Below are positions 14,074 to 27,282 of a stretch of 64,000 nt of DNA, in pieces (the first letter of the stretch is position 1; each line of letters starts with the position of its first letter). The notes below the pieces were generated by a model, which had not been told where the DNA came from, made no database searches, and saw nothing but the letters and a program-made list of their open reading frames with translations. Source of the DNA: Octopus vulgaris (lineage: Eukaryota); the NCBI GenBank assembly GCA_951406725.2, contig OX597838.1, forward strand, positions 17,422,001-17,486,000. The letters run 5' to 3'. The translations under genes were made by a program, and so were the position numbers.

Positions 14074-14372
14074 ATATACTCACGTACACCTACGCGCATC
14101 TGTACTTGCAGTTATATTCACAATGGCACGGTTTTAAGAACGACACGTCGATTCAAAAGTGATGTCGCGTACGCAGCCAGCCCCCTCCCCATACACACAC
14201 ACACACACACACACTCACAGGATCGCACACACATTCACGCGTGTGCGCGCACACGCACTTACACGTACGTACATGCATACATACATACATAGATACACAC
14301 ATACACACACACGATCAGATACATTTACACATGCACAGAGAGACAGTGAGACAAGGAGAGAGAAAGAGAGCG

Positions 14373-14473
<101 letters not shown>

Positions 14474-14944
14474 CAGACAAAACTGCTCGACGTTTGCAAC
14501 AAATTTTAGGCCGAATACTGTCTGAGATATAGCGAGGGAGTAAAGATGAGATTCCAACACACACAGACACACACACACATATATATACATATATATATAT
14601 TGTGTGTGTAGTGTTTGTGTATATATGTACTCTTGTTCGTATATGTAACCACATAAAATCATGACGTATAACTCGCAATACGCACATAATTATGCATTCT
14701 TATACGCACATGCACTCCTAAACGTACATATACAGCCATAGCCATAGACACATACCCTTTTGTTTTCTTATATATATTCCTGATCTATTCACAGGCGCAC
14801 ATAATCGTTCACTCACTGCTCGCTATTCAAATCCTTAGGACTTGCACAAATTCAAAGTTTACGCTCAGAGATGCACACGGGTAGAGACAAACAGCCTTAC
14901 CAGGCTCACAGCCTTACCAGGCACACAGCCTTACCAGGCACACA

Positions 14945-15327
14945 CTCTTTACTCTTTTACTCTTTTATTTGTTTCAGTCATTTGACTGCGGCCATGCTGG
15001 AGCACCGCCTTTTAGTCGAGCAAATCGACCCCGGGACTTATTCTTTGTAAGCCCAGTACTTATTCTATCGGTCTCTTTTGCCGAACCGCTAAGTGACGGG
15101 CACGTAAACACACCAGCATCGGTTGTCAAGCAATGCTAGGGGGACAAACACACACACATACACACACACATATATATATACATATATATGACAGGCTTCT
15201 TTCAGTTTCCGTCTGCCAAATCCACTCACAAGGCATTGGTCGGCTCGGGGCTATAGCAGAAGACACTTGCCCAAGATGCCACACAGTGGGACTGAACCCG
15301 GAACCATGTGGTTGGTTAGCAAGCTAC
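14945..15327 (-). mobile_element. SINE family A
   Basis: Consensus match; head slightly truncated. Confidence 0.85.
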
Positions 15328-15611
15328 GTAGGTAATCACGGACTATCACACATGTGTTGACAGCTTTCATAAGTCAAATACATGCATATCACAGTGATAT
15401 GTTTATATGGTGTGGTTGAGTTGTAGGGGGCTGTGGGGTAAGATGTTTGCTTCGCAACCACATGGTTTGAGGTTCGGTCCCACATGCAGCAACTTGGGTA
15501 AGTCTCTTCTACAATAGCTTGAGGCTGACAGAAGCCTCGTAGGCGGACTTGGTAGACGGAAACTGAAAGAAGCCCATTGATACCTATATATATATATATA
15601 GGTATATATAT

Positions 15612-15902
15612 CACATGATCACGTGACCGACCAGACTATCAGATGTTGCTACACATCGCTGGTCACAATGTGCTTCGCATTGTTTTAGCCTTCGAATGAC
15701 GCCACCCCGCTGGCTAAGCGAGCAGGCCAACAGAAGAAAGAGTGAGAGAAAGTTGGGGCGAAAGAGTACAGCAGGGATCGCCCCTCCCCCGGCAGGAGCA
15801 TCGGGGAGCTTTAGGTGTTTTCGTTCAATAAACACTCACAACGCCCGGTCTGGGAATCGAAACCGCGAGTCCGCTGCCCTAACTACTGGGCCATTGCGCC
15901 TC

Positions 15903-15903
<1 letters not shown>
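15612..15903 (-). mobile_element. SINE family C, tail type 2
   Basis: Same head and body as 7953-8340 up to ctttctctcactct, then an unrelated tail ending ggtcggtcacgtgatcatgtgata. Confidence 0.75.
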
Positions 15904-15941
<38 letters not shown>

Positions 15942-16289
15942 TCATTTATTTGTTTTAGTCATTTGACTGCGGCCATGCTGGAGCAACGCCCTTCTTCGAA
16001 CAAATCGAACCCAGGACTTATTCCTTGTAAGCCTGGCACTTATTCTATCGGTCTCTTTTGCCGATCCGCTAAGTTACGGGGACGTAAACACACCCAACAT
16101 CGGTTGTCAAGCGATGGTGGGAGACAAACACAGACACACAAAACTTTCTGTACACCCCTCGTATATATGTGCACACACAAATTCAGATATGTACATATAT
16201 ATTTCTGTATGTGCATATTTATGTGTATAACATGCATGACATACAAAAAAAAAACGCATGTCTATATCAGTGTATATATGCTTGTGTAT

Positions 16290-16330
<41 letters not shown>

Positions 16331-16459
16331 TGTTTGTGTTTGTGTGTGTGTGTAAAGTTAATAAAAGAATGAAGCTATTGGTATTACATCTATTGTCCGG
16401 CAAGGATCGCCCCAATAGATGTGTTGGATAAATCATTTTGGATGTAGAACTCAATATAT

Positions 16460-16865
16460 TCTTTTACTATTTTACTTGTTTCAGTCATTTGACTGCGGCC
16501 ATGCTGGAGCACCGCCTTTAATCGAGCAACTCGACCCCCGGGGCTTATTCCTTGTAAGCCCAGTACTTATTCTATCGGTCTCTTTTGCCGAACCGCTAAG
16601 TTACGGGGACATAAACACATCAGCATCGGCTGTCAAGCGATGTTGGGGGGGACAAACACAGACATACAAACTCACACACACACACACATTATACATATAT
16701 ACGACGGGCTTCTTTCAGTTTCCGTCTACCAAATCCACTCACAAGGCTTTGGTCGGCCCGAGGCTATAGTTGAAGACACTTGTCCAAGGTGCCACGCAAT
16801 GGGACTGAACCTGGAACCATGTGGTTGGTAAGCAAGCTATTTACCACACAGCCACTCCTGCGCCT
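16460..16865 (-). mobile_element. SINE family A
   Basis: Full-length consensus match. Confidence 0.9.
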
Positions 16866-18469
16866 CAATGATAATATAATTTCATGTGATATTGGTTTCA
16901 AATTTGCCACAAGGGCAACAATTTTGGGGACGGGGTTAAATCGATTTCATCGATTCCAGAGTTTAACTGGTACTTATTTTATTGAAATGATGAAAAGCAA
17001 AATCGACCAAGGCGGAATTTGAACTCAGGACGTTAAGTCGGAAGAAATACCTTTAAGCATTTTTCAGGCGCGGTAACAATTCTGCTAGCTCGCTACTTTA
17101 ATTTCCATGTGATATTAAATGTAAGCCAATTCTGTCATCTCATCATCACACTGAAAACGATGCAACATGCTTGCACTAAGATTAATGCCTTTATAAATAC
17201 AACAATGGGAGCGGCTCAAAGTGTTGTTGCGAGAAATTAATCATTTTGACATACTTGTAGAAAAGTGCAGAGTAAATTGATCAAAAAGAACTGACAATCT
17301 TGTATACTACTTGACAAACCGAAAGTAATGCCAGGTTTAGTAAGGCGAAATGAAGGATATATAATGTAAGATGGCTGTCTGAGCACAGAGGATGGTATTT
17401 GAATTAGCACAATGACATCACACAGGATCATTAGTTAAACGGGATGGGTATGTCAAGAGTAACATCAAAGGAATTCAGATGATGAGGGAAAAAAATGAGT
17501 AAGAAAACATGAAAGAGAAAGGTAGATAGAACAAATACAAGAAGCGGATCGTGAAAAATAGGAAGAGAGACTAAAATAGGAAGAGATGAAGACGTGTAAT
17601 TAAAGAAACTGATTAATTTCTCATTAAACAGAATAAAACAGCAAATGAAATCCTAATCAAAATATCGTAATGCAGTATTAATATAGAACAGGATTATATC
17701 AAAAATAGTAAGTATTAAGAACAGAAAAAAATTAAATATTAATATTTTTAAAGGAACCAGTAAATGATAATAAATCTTTGAGCGAGTTATAAACAGTAGC
17801 TGCAACACATCGTGAACAGCCTACACGAGGCTCCGGCAGGGGATGGTGGTGATCCCTGCTGTACTCTTTCACCACAACTTTCTCTTACTCTTACTTCCTG
17901 TTTCTGTTGTACCTGTATTTCAAAGGACCGGCCTTGTCACTCTCTGTGTCACGCTGAATATCCCCGAGAACTACGTTAAGGGTACACGTGTCTGTGGAGT
18001 GCTCAGCTACTTACACGTTAATTTCACGAGCAGGCTGTTCCGTTGATTCGGATCAACCGGAACCCTCATCTAAAGTGCTTCTATGTATGTATGTATGTAT
18101 GTATGTATGTATGTGTGTGCATTTTAGAAGTGGAAAAGCCAATAGAAATGTATATGAATATGTATACCCATACATGTGCATGCGTTTAGACTGTATCTAT
18201 ATCTGCAAATAAACTCAGATATTTTATGACATAGCAACTAATGTACAGAGAAGCCGTTTTACTGGTTTTGTTCAGTTTGCAGTACTATTTATCAGACACG
18301 GTAGAATATCCGACAAATCATCTACCTCATTTTATTATGAACTTTTGTGATATGAGATCAAATTCCACTAGAGTCCACTTTGTTTTTCCTTCATCCTAAG
18401 AAATGAATTAAACGGTCATACAATCTCGGTGGATGAAACTGGCTCTTAAAGTGATGAATTGGTGGAATT

Positions 18470-18773
18470 CTTTTGTTCCTTCTCGAGCCATGCCTGGCTC
18501 ATAAGGGCCAGTTTCCCGGTTTCCTTGGCGTATAGGTTCCCCACCTGGACGGGACGTCGGTCCGTCGCAGGTGAGCTGCTAGATGTAGGAAGAAAGAGTG
18601 AGAGAAAGTTGTGGCAAAAGAGTCAGCAGAAGTTCGCCATTACCTTCTGCCGGAGCCGCGTGGAGCTAAGGTGTTTCGCTCATAAACACACACATCGCCC
18701 GGTCTGAGATTTGAACCCACAATCCCTCGACCGCGAGTCCGCTGCTCTAACCACTAGGCCATGTGCTTCCACA
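18470..18773 (-). mobile_element. SINE family C variant with V-domain-like tail (type 3)
   Basis: tRNA-like head, then cctgcgacggaccgacgtcccgtccagg...gaaaccgggaaactggccc, resembling the V-SINE central domain. Confidence 0.7.
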
Positions 18774-19277
18774 GACTGGTGGAGTGTCGTGTAGAAAGTC
18801 ATACATTATTTATTCAGGGGCTATATTCTCTGAGTTGAAGGTCAACGTTGCCTTTCACCTTTACAGAGTTGACAAATAAGGTACCCTTCAAATAATGAGG
18901 ATCTGTTTCTATTGAATCGGGTGCATTATTTTTTGTGAGGGTCCCATTCAAGATGGTCCCACTGAATGTACCCCTTTCAGACAGCGAACTCTTATTGTAA
19001 CCATATCGATATTCTACTGAAGAATTTAAACTGATACACGTCAGACCGAAATGTGGAACTGCACAGAACAAAAATAAAGAAGAAAAGGAAACGTTTATTC
19101 TTTGATTCCTCGTTGCTATGTGTTACGAATATCACTGTGAAATTAAGACACACGGAAGGCTTTTCAATAGCTTGTAATGAGATTCAAATTCACCTGATTC
19201 ATTGTTACCTGACAATTCATCGGGATTCACGTCTATGCATACATACATATGTACACACACACACAGATGTATGTCAT

Positions 19278-19690
19278 TCTCTTTTACTCTTTTACTTGTT
19301 TCAGTCATTTGACTGTGGCCATGCTGGAGCACCGGCTTTAGTCGAGCAAATCGATCCCAGGACTTAATCTTTGTAAGCCTAGTACTTATTCTATCGGTGT
19401 CTTTTTGCCGAACCGCTAAGTTACGGCGACGTAAACACACCAGCATCGGTTGTCAAGCGATGTTGTGGGGGGGACAAACACAGACACGCAAACATATTCA
19501 CACACATACATATATATATACATATATATGATGGGCTTCTTTCAGTTTCCATCTACCAAATCCTCTCACAAGGCTTTGGTCGAGCCGAGGCTTTAGTAGA
19601 AGACACTTGCCCAAGGTGCCACGCAGTGGGACTGAACCCGGAACCATGTGGTTGGTAAATAAGCTACTTACCATACAGCCACTCCTGCGT
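19278..19690 (-). mobile_element. SINE family A
   Basis: Full-length consensus match. Confidence 0.9.
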
Positions 19691-21389
19691 CCTTATTCAG
19701 TTTATTTCAAGATTTCTTGCCAATAAAGAAAGAACCGGTTTCTAACCTGTATGTGTGTATGCATGCATGCATGTAACTGAAGGTATACGTGTATGTATGG
19801 ACACATACATAGACACACGTAGTAACAACGCACACTGTGTTAATACGTTAGGAATTTAGTGAAAAAAAAAACCAGCTACCAATATGCAAATGAGTTTTGT
19901 CTAGACACCGCATACTAATTTACACTTTAATAAGTAGCTTTAAGTTACAATTATTTTAATGTCTAGAGAAGTGGGGTGGAGGTAAGCGGATCTTGATGAT
20001 ATAAGTAAAAATGAAACTGGCTGATGTCCATTCTAAGCAGCCGAAATGGCTCTTGTTGTGGTTAATTTCACAGCTAGACACACCGACATGTCGCTGAATA
20101 TTTATTTATAGGTAGTCTAGTAATCATCTGTATCAGCATTGTCAGGTCGCTTTTGGATTTACTTGTGTTGTACAACTGAAAATATGTGTGCATTCTCTAC
20201 CGACTTCCTTATAATTTGTCGAATAAAAAGAAATGTTCTACTCTTATGTATTTTATTATTCTTACACGTAAGAGATACCGTCTTTCTCAACCAAGCATTA
20301 TTCTTGTCTGGTTATATGTGTATTTCTGATAATCATAAACGACGTGTATAAAATTAAATTAAACAACAATTAACTTCATTACGTGACTAATTAAAGGGGA
20401 CACAGATTATGTTTCTGCTTGTGCAATTAGTCTCAGTTAATCTGTTTGGTTTACATTTTATAAGGTGAAGATGTTTTCATGCTAAGGAGGAAGGTGGTCA
20501 CAGTTGCAACTCAATTTAAAACTATTCTGTCAAACAATTTTCTGTATCGGTGATTCATTGGGAAGTGTTTCTTATGGTGAAGTAATCTTTAGAAATATTA
20601 TACTGAAGGTTTCAGAGAAAATGTAGTTGAAAAATATAATATCTCATCAACAAATGAATTATTTATGTTATAATAGCGACCGAAGAAAAGTAAACGTTTT
20701 ATGACAAATTTATTTCATAAATAGAAATAATTTAACAAAAGTTTTTTTTTTTCTTTCAAAACAGACTGAAGTAAAATCCTTTAATCAAATGGATGTTAAA
20801 ACTATTGACATGTATTTCTTGATTATGGGGCTACTATTTCTAACTGTTGACGAAGGGGAATTAAATGTTACAGGCAAAAATGTTATATCGAAGCAAATCA
20901 TGGAAGAGCTTAAAATGCGAAACTTGGAATCAAATACTGAAGATATTTAGTGTGAGTAGTGTGATTGTAAGTATAGTGGGTGTAATTTGTTTGGTGAAGT
21001 AGCGCTATTTCGGATGGCAGCAGTAATTGACGGATGGTTGAGAACATAGTCATGTAGGTCATATTTCTTGCATGTTGGATGACCACTGCGAGAAGTGGCA
21101 GAGTTGTGGTATGAGGGAGAGAGTTACCAAACATGTAGAGTTTAGTGTGCAGAGAGTATATCTCGTTGGATTACCAATTGTTTAATGTAATCACCATGAA
21201 AATGTAACCGAAAAGCTGAATACTATTTAAAACAGATTTGAAACACAAGTTTAGATATTGATGGAAAGAAAAATTAATGACGTAAGCGACAGGAAGAAAT
21301 AATAGATTCGTAATTTTCAGATGGTAAAACGGGAATGACTGTAACAACAAAAAATGCAAAAGAAAAAAAGGGGCATAGGAGGTCCGATG

Positions 21390-21730
21390 CATTCCCTGCG
21401 TGCACGCAAGGATAAAATAAAATTTGATTTAATAAATATATTCTCAGACGAATTCATATTTTAACAAAATTACTTCAAGAGTTATTTCCCCTGCTTATTT
21501 CTTTTATGTATATGTAACAAAGAAAAAACATTTTGATTCACCCGTCCACTATTTTTGAAGACAATCAAACTAAAATTTAATGAGTTCGAACCACTGATCC
21601 AATGAGTATTTCTGCCAAATTTGGTGAGAATCCGTTCAGCCGTTTTCCGGTAATTTTGAAAACACACAGACAAACAGACAAACACGAGTGATTAGAATAT
21701 TCTGCTTTCGCTTACGTGCGCAGAGTAAAA
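21390..21730 (+). mobile_element. Helentron-associated (HINE/DINE-like) non-autonomous element, degraded
   Basis: caaatttggtgagaatccgttcagccgtt followed by (CAGA/CAAA)n and a terminal hairpin tctgc..gcaga then taaaa. Confidence 0.5.
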
Positions 21731-22803
21731 GGAAAAGGAAAAACAGCCCTGATAGAAAAAAAAGGAATGAAGGAACGAAATATTGTTTTCGATATAGAAA
21801 TACAATTGTAATTTTCAGCCAATTAAATGGGAAATTAATTTGAGTTTCGAATTAAGGAATTGGTGAGAGTGACAGTCGCTTTCTGACTACGCACTGTGAC
21901 AAAAGCCCAGAATACCTGAGGGAACAGAAGTTTACTTTATGTAGTGATATACATACATAGCATATGTCAGTAGAATTTTCATCTCCCAAAATCAATTCAC
22001 ACGGTATTGGTAAACCTCAGGCTATGGCACAAAACTTATTGAAACTTATGTACCACGGGATCGAACACAGAACAACACAATTAGTTCTGTATTCGATGTT
22101 TGCACCCAATGAAACAGTAAAAACAATAACTAACTGTTAAATATATAAGCTGGGCAGATACCAAGTTAATGAAAAGTACCATTAATGTTTACTGGTTCGT
22201 TACTCGTCTCTTTGCTGACGGTGAGATGGTAAAATTTTTAATTAATTTTTCTTTTTGGTTAATTTAAAATGCTATATTTAATATAAAGGTATACATTCTG
22301 TTTAAATACAAAAGCTCTTTGAAACAATTAGAAAGTTCTTAGCTTTCTATTTTCATTTCCAGAAAAACAAATTTTATATTAGGTGCCATATAATTGGATA
22401 GATTATTGAAATTTACGTTGTCAATTCCGCAAAGGTTTAATATATTGTATTTACATATTTTTGACTGAAAACATGTATGTTAAAGATAATTCATATTCTG
22501 CAAATTCAATATATACATTCTACAATATTTACATTTATTTAGTTGACTTCTCTATATGCATCATTCTTAGTCAGATTTCTATTTTAATCATTATATGTGT
22601 CTTTCTGGCTGATTTGAAAGAAATTTGGATGCTATTTCTAATATGATATTTGTCCATATAAAACCTTTCACATGAGTAACTATGTGTATGTATGTGTTAG
22701 TAATATTCGGAACTGACGATGTTAAGGGGAAATTTTTATAATAATTGTAAAAATATCATTATTTCTAATTCTCTATAAAGGAAACTACGGCAGCAGTACT
22801 GGG

Positions 22804-23154
22804 TATTAATAGTTATCGCCAAGCTAACATGGCAGTCCAGAAAAATAGGACGAATGCTGCCGTTTATTAGCTCCAAGGGGGCCATCGCCTCTAGCAAGCT
22901 ATATGACACACAAACCTGTGTCCATTATAACCTTCGAACAGGGGAGGTCAGCAGCTTCCCCTTGCTGGTCTGGCATCCACAGACTAGTTTCGAGATGTTT
23001 ACCTCTTATCAATGTGGAGTAACCGAATCCAGCAGGCGTCCCTGCTGACCGACTGTTTGAAGGATTATTTACCTAAATTCAGTGGAGCTAATCAACGGCA
23101 GCATTCGTCCTATTTTTCTGGACTGCCATGTTAGCTTGGCGATAACTATTAATA
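22804..23154. mobile_element. MITE with 72-bp terminal inverted repeats
   Basis: 22804-22875 is the reverse complement of 23083-23154 with one mismatch. Confidence 0.85.
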
Positions 23155-24835
23155 TTTATATTAATTGTCCTGATATTAATGTGACGCTTCAGTAAAATAT
23201 CTTTGCCAAAACTTCTTATGCACAAAAAGTGCTAAATTATTAAAGTCTCGTTGAATTATATTTTATTCATGATACGGAATGTTTTCGTAATTTTTGTTTC
23301 TCAAATTTCATATTTGTATATCTACAAATATTTAAGTAAAGATAAATATCTTATTTACTTTACAAACGATAGAATTGACTTTTGAATTTACAGACGGTTC
23401 TTGTAAAACAGCTTACCTATCCACCTCAAAAGTAAGTGGTTTCAAGAGACACCAGAAACTGTGTTCAATAAATCAAACTACATTTACAATTTGAGTAACT
23501 TTTTTCTTACTGGTTGAAAGCTGTAGTAAATTTGTTGTTATTTTTATTATCGTTCTCTTCCTTCTTCCTATCTCCCTAACTTCATCTTTTGCCTTTCATC
23601 ACATAATCTATTTTTGTATATGAGAATGAAATATTCATGGGCATGTTTTTTCTTTTTGTTTTTTTTCGGTAGCGTGCAAACAAAAAATAAACTTTGACCA
23701 AAAACAAACATAAACCTCATTTTTCCTTACGCTGCGCACATGAATTCAATAAATAAATTGAATAAACTCACTATTTTTATTTCGTTTCTCCAAATAAATT
23801 ACTTGAAAATCATTCTGATCTGAAGATAGCATGTGACGGACGGAGAGACGAACGGACGGACAGAGAATCGTATATTTTATGCAACATATTTATGCTTCTT
23901 TCAAATCGCATTTTATTTCATTCTTCTTATATTACAACTGGAAGACAATGTTAAACTATTATTGGATGTATCTAATTCAATTCTTACTGTTTGTAAAACT
24001 GTGATTTTAAACGATAACAGTGAAGCAGAGGCGTTTTCATAAATACTCACTGTGGGACCCTGTCTCTCACTATAAATATCTCTGCATTTCTTTCTCTATC
24101 GTCAAAATATCTCTCTGGAATGGCACACTCTCAAAGGGCACAACTATGGAATACTTCATATTTGCATAAGTGGGAGTTATGTAAATATGAACTGTATCAT
24201 ATATTTACATCCGCTTGGGAGTATCATTTATTTAAAACTCTCATTAAGTCATTAATAAAACTCATTAAAATAGAAATCGATTAGACATTTTCTCTCTGAG
24301 ATTGTATAATTATCTTCTTGAAGATTCGATAGCGTGTAAAGGATATGTAATATAGAACTTAATTGTAAGCAGCGACTACATTTACATTTGAAAGAAACCA
24401 ATTGCAAACAGTTTTAATTGTAAGACAGTTCCTTAAGAGAGAGAAAGGGAGAAGAAGAAGAAGCAGAAATCTTGTGATAATATAATTCTACTCAAGCAAG
24501 CAATTCTATAGAAGTGAATAATGTTGTTGTTTTCTTTCCTCTTTCACATTTGTTTACATTTAATGTCTAAGAGTTCTGGAAATTGCCGCCAACCTCATTC
24601 AGAGCTTATCGAGAAATAGTAAACGTCTTGCCATTTCTCTGGTCGTTTCTTTGCTTTTGAGAAACAGATCAATATTTAAACAAGATCCAAGAATTTTGAT
24701 AGTAAACAAGGAATTTATTGTGTCAATCCTTGATAAAGTGCTTAATTCTATTTATCTAATTTAAATCTTCTTGTTAATCTTTTCGTACATTTTTTTTCTA
24801 TTTCTATTTCTGTTTCTTTTTTTTCTTTTTTCCAG

Positions 24836-26130
24836 TTCGATTTGAGAATGAAGAAGCTGAACTTGCAAAGTTTGTAGACTTCCTTAAAACCTCATATCCA
24901 GACGAGTTCAAATCTTTTAAAGGTAAAAGTTTTGAATCAGTATTTTCAAAGCTCAGAGAAAGTATGGCTCTGCATAAAGTATTTCCAAATCCAGAGGATT
25001 CCACAAAAGTGTCAACAACAACTGGGAACTGCACATGTGACACGACCGCCACCACGCAGCGTCACACGGAACGGCGCCATTTACATAACTCAAATGATCA
25101 CGTGACGCTTATCAGTGCCTTTAAGAATGATGGGACTGCAAACAACCTAGCAGTTTCAAGAACTACAACGCCCTCTACGGGCAAAAAGCAAAACCTCACA
25201 CATCAAAAATACAAAGTTAATAACAACAATAACAAAAACACAAATAAACACAGTAAAACAAACACTAACAGTAAAGACATTAGCAATAGTAGTAGTAGTA
25301 GTAGTCATATTTATACAAGTAGTAACAGTCATAAAAACAGTAGTAGTAGTCATAATAATATTAATAACGATAGTAGCGAAAGCAATAGTAGTATTAGTCT
25401 TATTAGTAATGATATCAGTGATATTGTTACTACGATTAGTAGTACTAGTAATAGTAGTAGTGGTAGTACGACTGATAGTAACAGTGGTATTTCTATTAAC
25501 AGTAGCAATACTACTATTATTATTGAAAATAGTAGCAGTAGTAGTACTAATAGTAGTATTACTAGTGTTAATAGTAGTGATATTAGTAGTAGTGATAGTG
25601 ATGATAATAATAATTATGATGATGATAATTTTAATTATAATATTAATAATAACATTATTAGCATAACAAAGCCTTCTATGATTACTAGGGAAGCAATGAA
25701 AAGTCCACGGGACATTACAATGAAAGAAGCACAAAGACAGAAAACAGTGGAACGCAAATACAGCGACACCAGATACTATGCGAAAGGAGCAGACAACAGA
25801 ACAGTAACTAAGGATTTACCCCAAAACACTAGGATCAAACCGGGTTCACCGCACATCAGTGGATACGATGATTCTAAGAAAGCGCGATTACAAACAGAAG
25901 AAAATAAACTGCATTCTGGGAATGTGTCGGAACCTCCTTTGTTTGTGTTACATATAAACAACATCAAGGAAAGTTTTTATCTGTTCGGCCATTACGTTGG
26001 CAAGGAGAATGACAGTCGGGATTACAGGAAAGAAGCTCAGTACTACGAAGATGAGTATGAACGGGTACACCACATCTCCCAGGGAATACATATAGGGAGC
26101 ATTGTCATACTCTTTATTATGGTGCTTGAG
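24836..26130 (+). CDS. HVCN1: Large internal coding exon of the same Hv channel: giant S1-S2 loop plus S2 helix
   Basis: Long T-tract plus ttccag acceptor (ends 24835) and GAG|gtaaga donor (26131). Phase 1 start joins the upstream exon in frame (T+TT=Phe). 431 open codons, overlapping ORF 24964-26196. Ends HISQGIHIGSIVILFIMVLE, matching Hv1 S2 (HYMSITILVFFMME). Confidence 0.9.
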
Positions 26131-26287
26131 GTAAGAGATATATGTTCTGTTCTATCTATTTTATTTTTCATATTAATCAGTATTAATCCCATGTAATCTG
26201 GATTTAAGTTCTCAGCTGTGTAATAATTTGTATATCGTAAAGGATAATGCCATCCAGAAAATAATAAAAGCAATCAAGAAAACAAAC

Positions 26288-26430
26288 TAATTAATTTTAC
26301 GCTGCAACCAAGAAGTAGAAGTCAACGCTATGAAGAAGTATGGTCATTCGTCTAGAAACAAGAAGAGAAAAGGAGAAAGGAGCTGAAAATGCGAAACCTG
26401 CTGGAGAAGTTTACAGCGTAAAATTAATTA
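26288..26430. mobile_element. Small MITE-like element with 17-bp perfect TIRs
   Basis: taattaattttacgctg ... cagcgtaaaattaatta. Confidence 0.6.
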
Positions 26431-26986
26431 TTACATTGTGTGTATTTAATTCTTTATGCTACTTGTGTCTGATTTCTAAATATGTTTGGTAGTTCTGTTA
26501 TTACAAACATCACTGATTAGCAAGCAGTAAGTAACAAATGCGACTGGGTAAAGAGGTAAAAAAAAAAAACTTTGGTAAGTGAAATCGACGAGTAATTTTG
26601 ATCCCTGCTATCATTTCATTTCATTTACGACTGTCACTATTGTTATTATTATTGTTATGACCATTGCACTACGGAAATGCAAGAGGAAATTCACAATATC
26701 TTATTTGATCGTTTTTTTTTTTTTTACTAAACAGTACAAGCCCTGTTGGCTACCTGTATAACGGATCATTATCCGTAGTCTCGCGAGTAGGTCCGAGAAA
26801 CAGATCGATGTGTAATTTCGAAAGACAGGGATTTTGCAGGCTCTCATTTCCTCTTCCCATTAAGATATTAGGATTGCTTGCATTATCATTTGTTTCAGAT
26901 GTGGGTTTTGTGGTGTATATATATATATGTTTGTGTGTGAATCTATCTATCTATATGTCTGTTTGTCCATGTCTCTGTCTGTCTCC

Positions 26987-27025
<39 letters not shown>

Positions 27026-27029
27026 GTGA

Positions 27030-27232
27030 TCTCTTAAGCACCACCAGCTCAAATATTGTCTCCTCTGTCTTCCCTCCTTGGGATCTTTCCTTCTCCTTGT
27101 TTCCGACGAAGAGCTCCGCTCGAAACGTTAAACCCTCCTTCCCTTCTTTCCTGAGCGTCAATAATACTTTAATTGTTCCACGTCCTGCGTTGCTGTGTTT
27201 TTTTTCTTTTTTTCTGTGTTTTCTTGTTGGAT

Positions 27233-27238
<6 letters not shown>
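27030..27238 (+). mobile_element. Penelope-type short repeat with hammerhead motif
   Basis: GTTT-CCGACGA-A-GAGC-tcc-GCTC-GAA-ACGT-T-AAAC at 27099-27133. T-rich tail; flanked by (TA)n. Confidence 0.6.

Positions 27239-27282
<44 letters not shown>

Noticed and set aside
14890-14942. Three short direct repeats (cagccttaccaggc..) resembling an array
   Set aside because: No unique spacers and a eukaryotic context; simple minisatellite, not CRISPR.
25156-25734. Alternative-frame and antisense Ile/Val/Thr-rich ORFs
   Set aside because: By-products of the trinucleotide low-complexity Hv exon.
26131-26196. ORF extension VRDICSVLSILFFILISINPM
   Set aside because: Read-through into the intron past a strong GAG|gtaaga donor.
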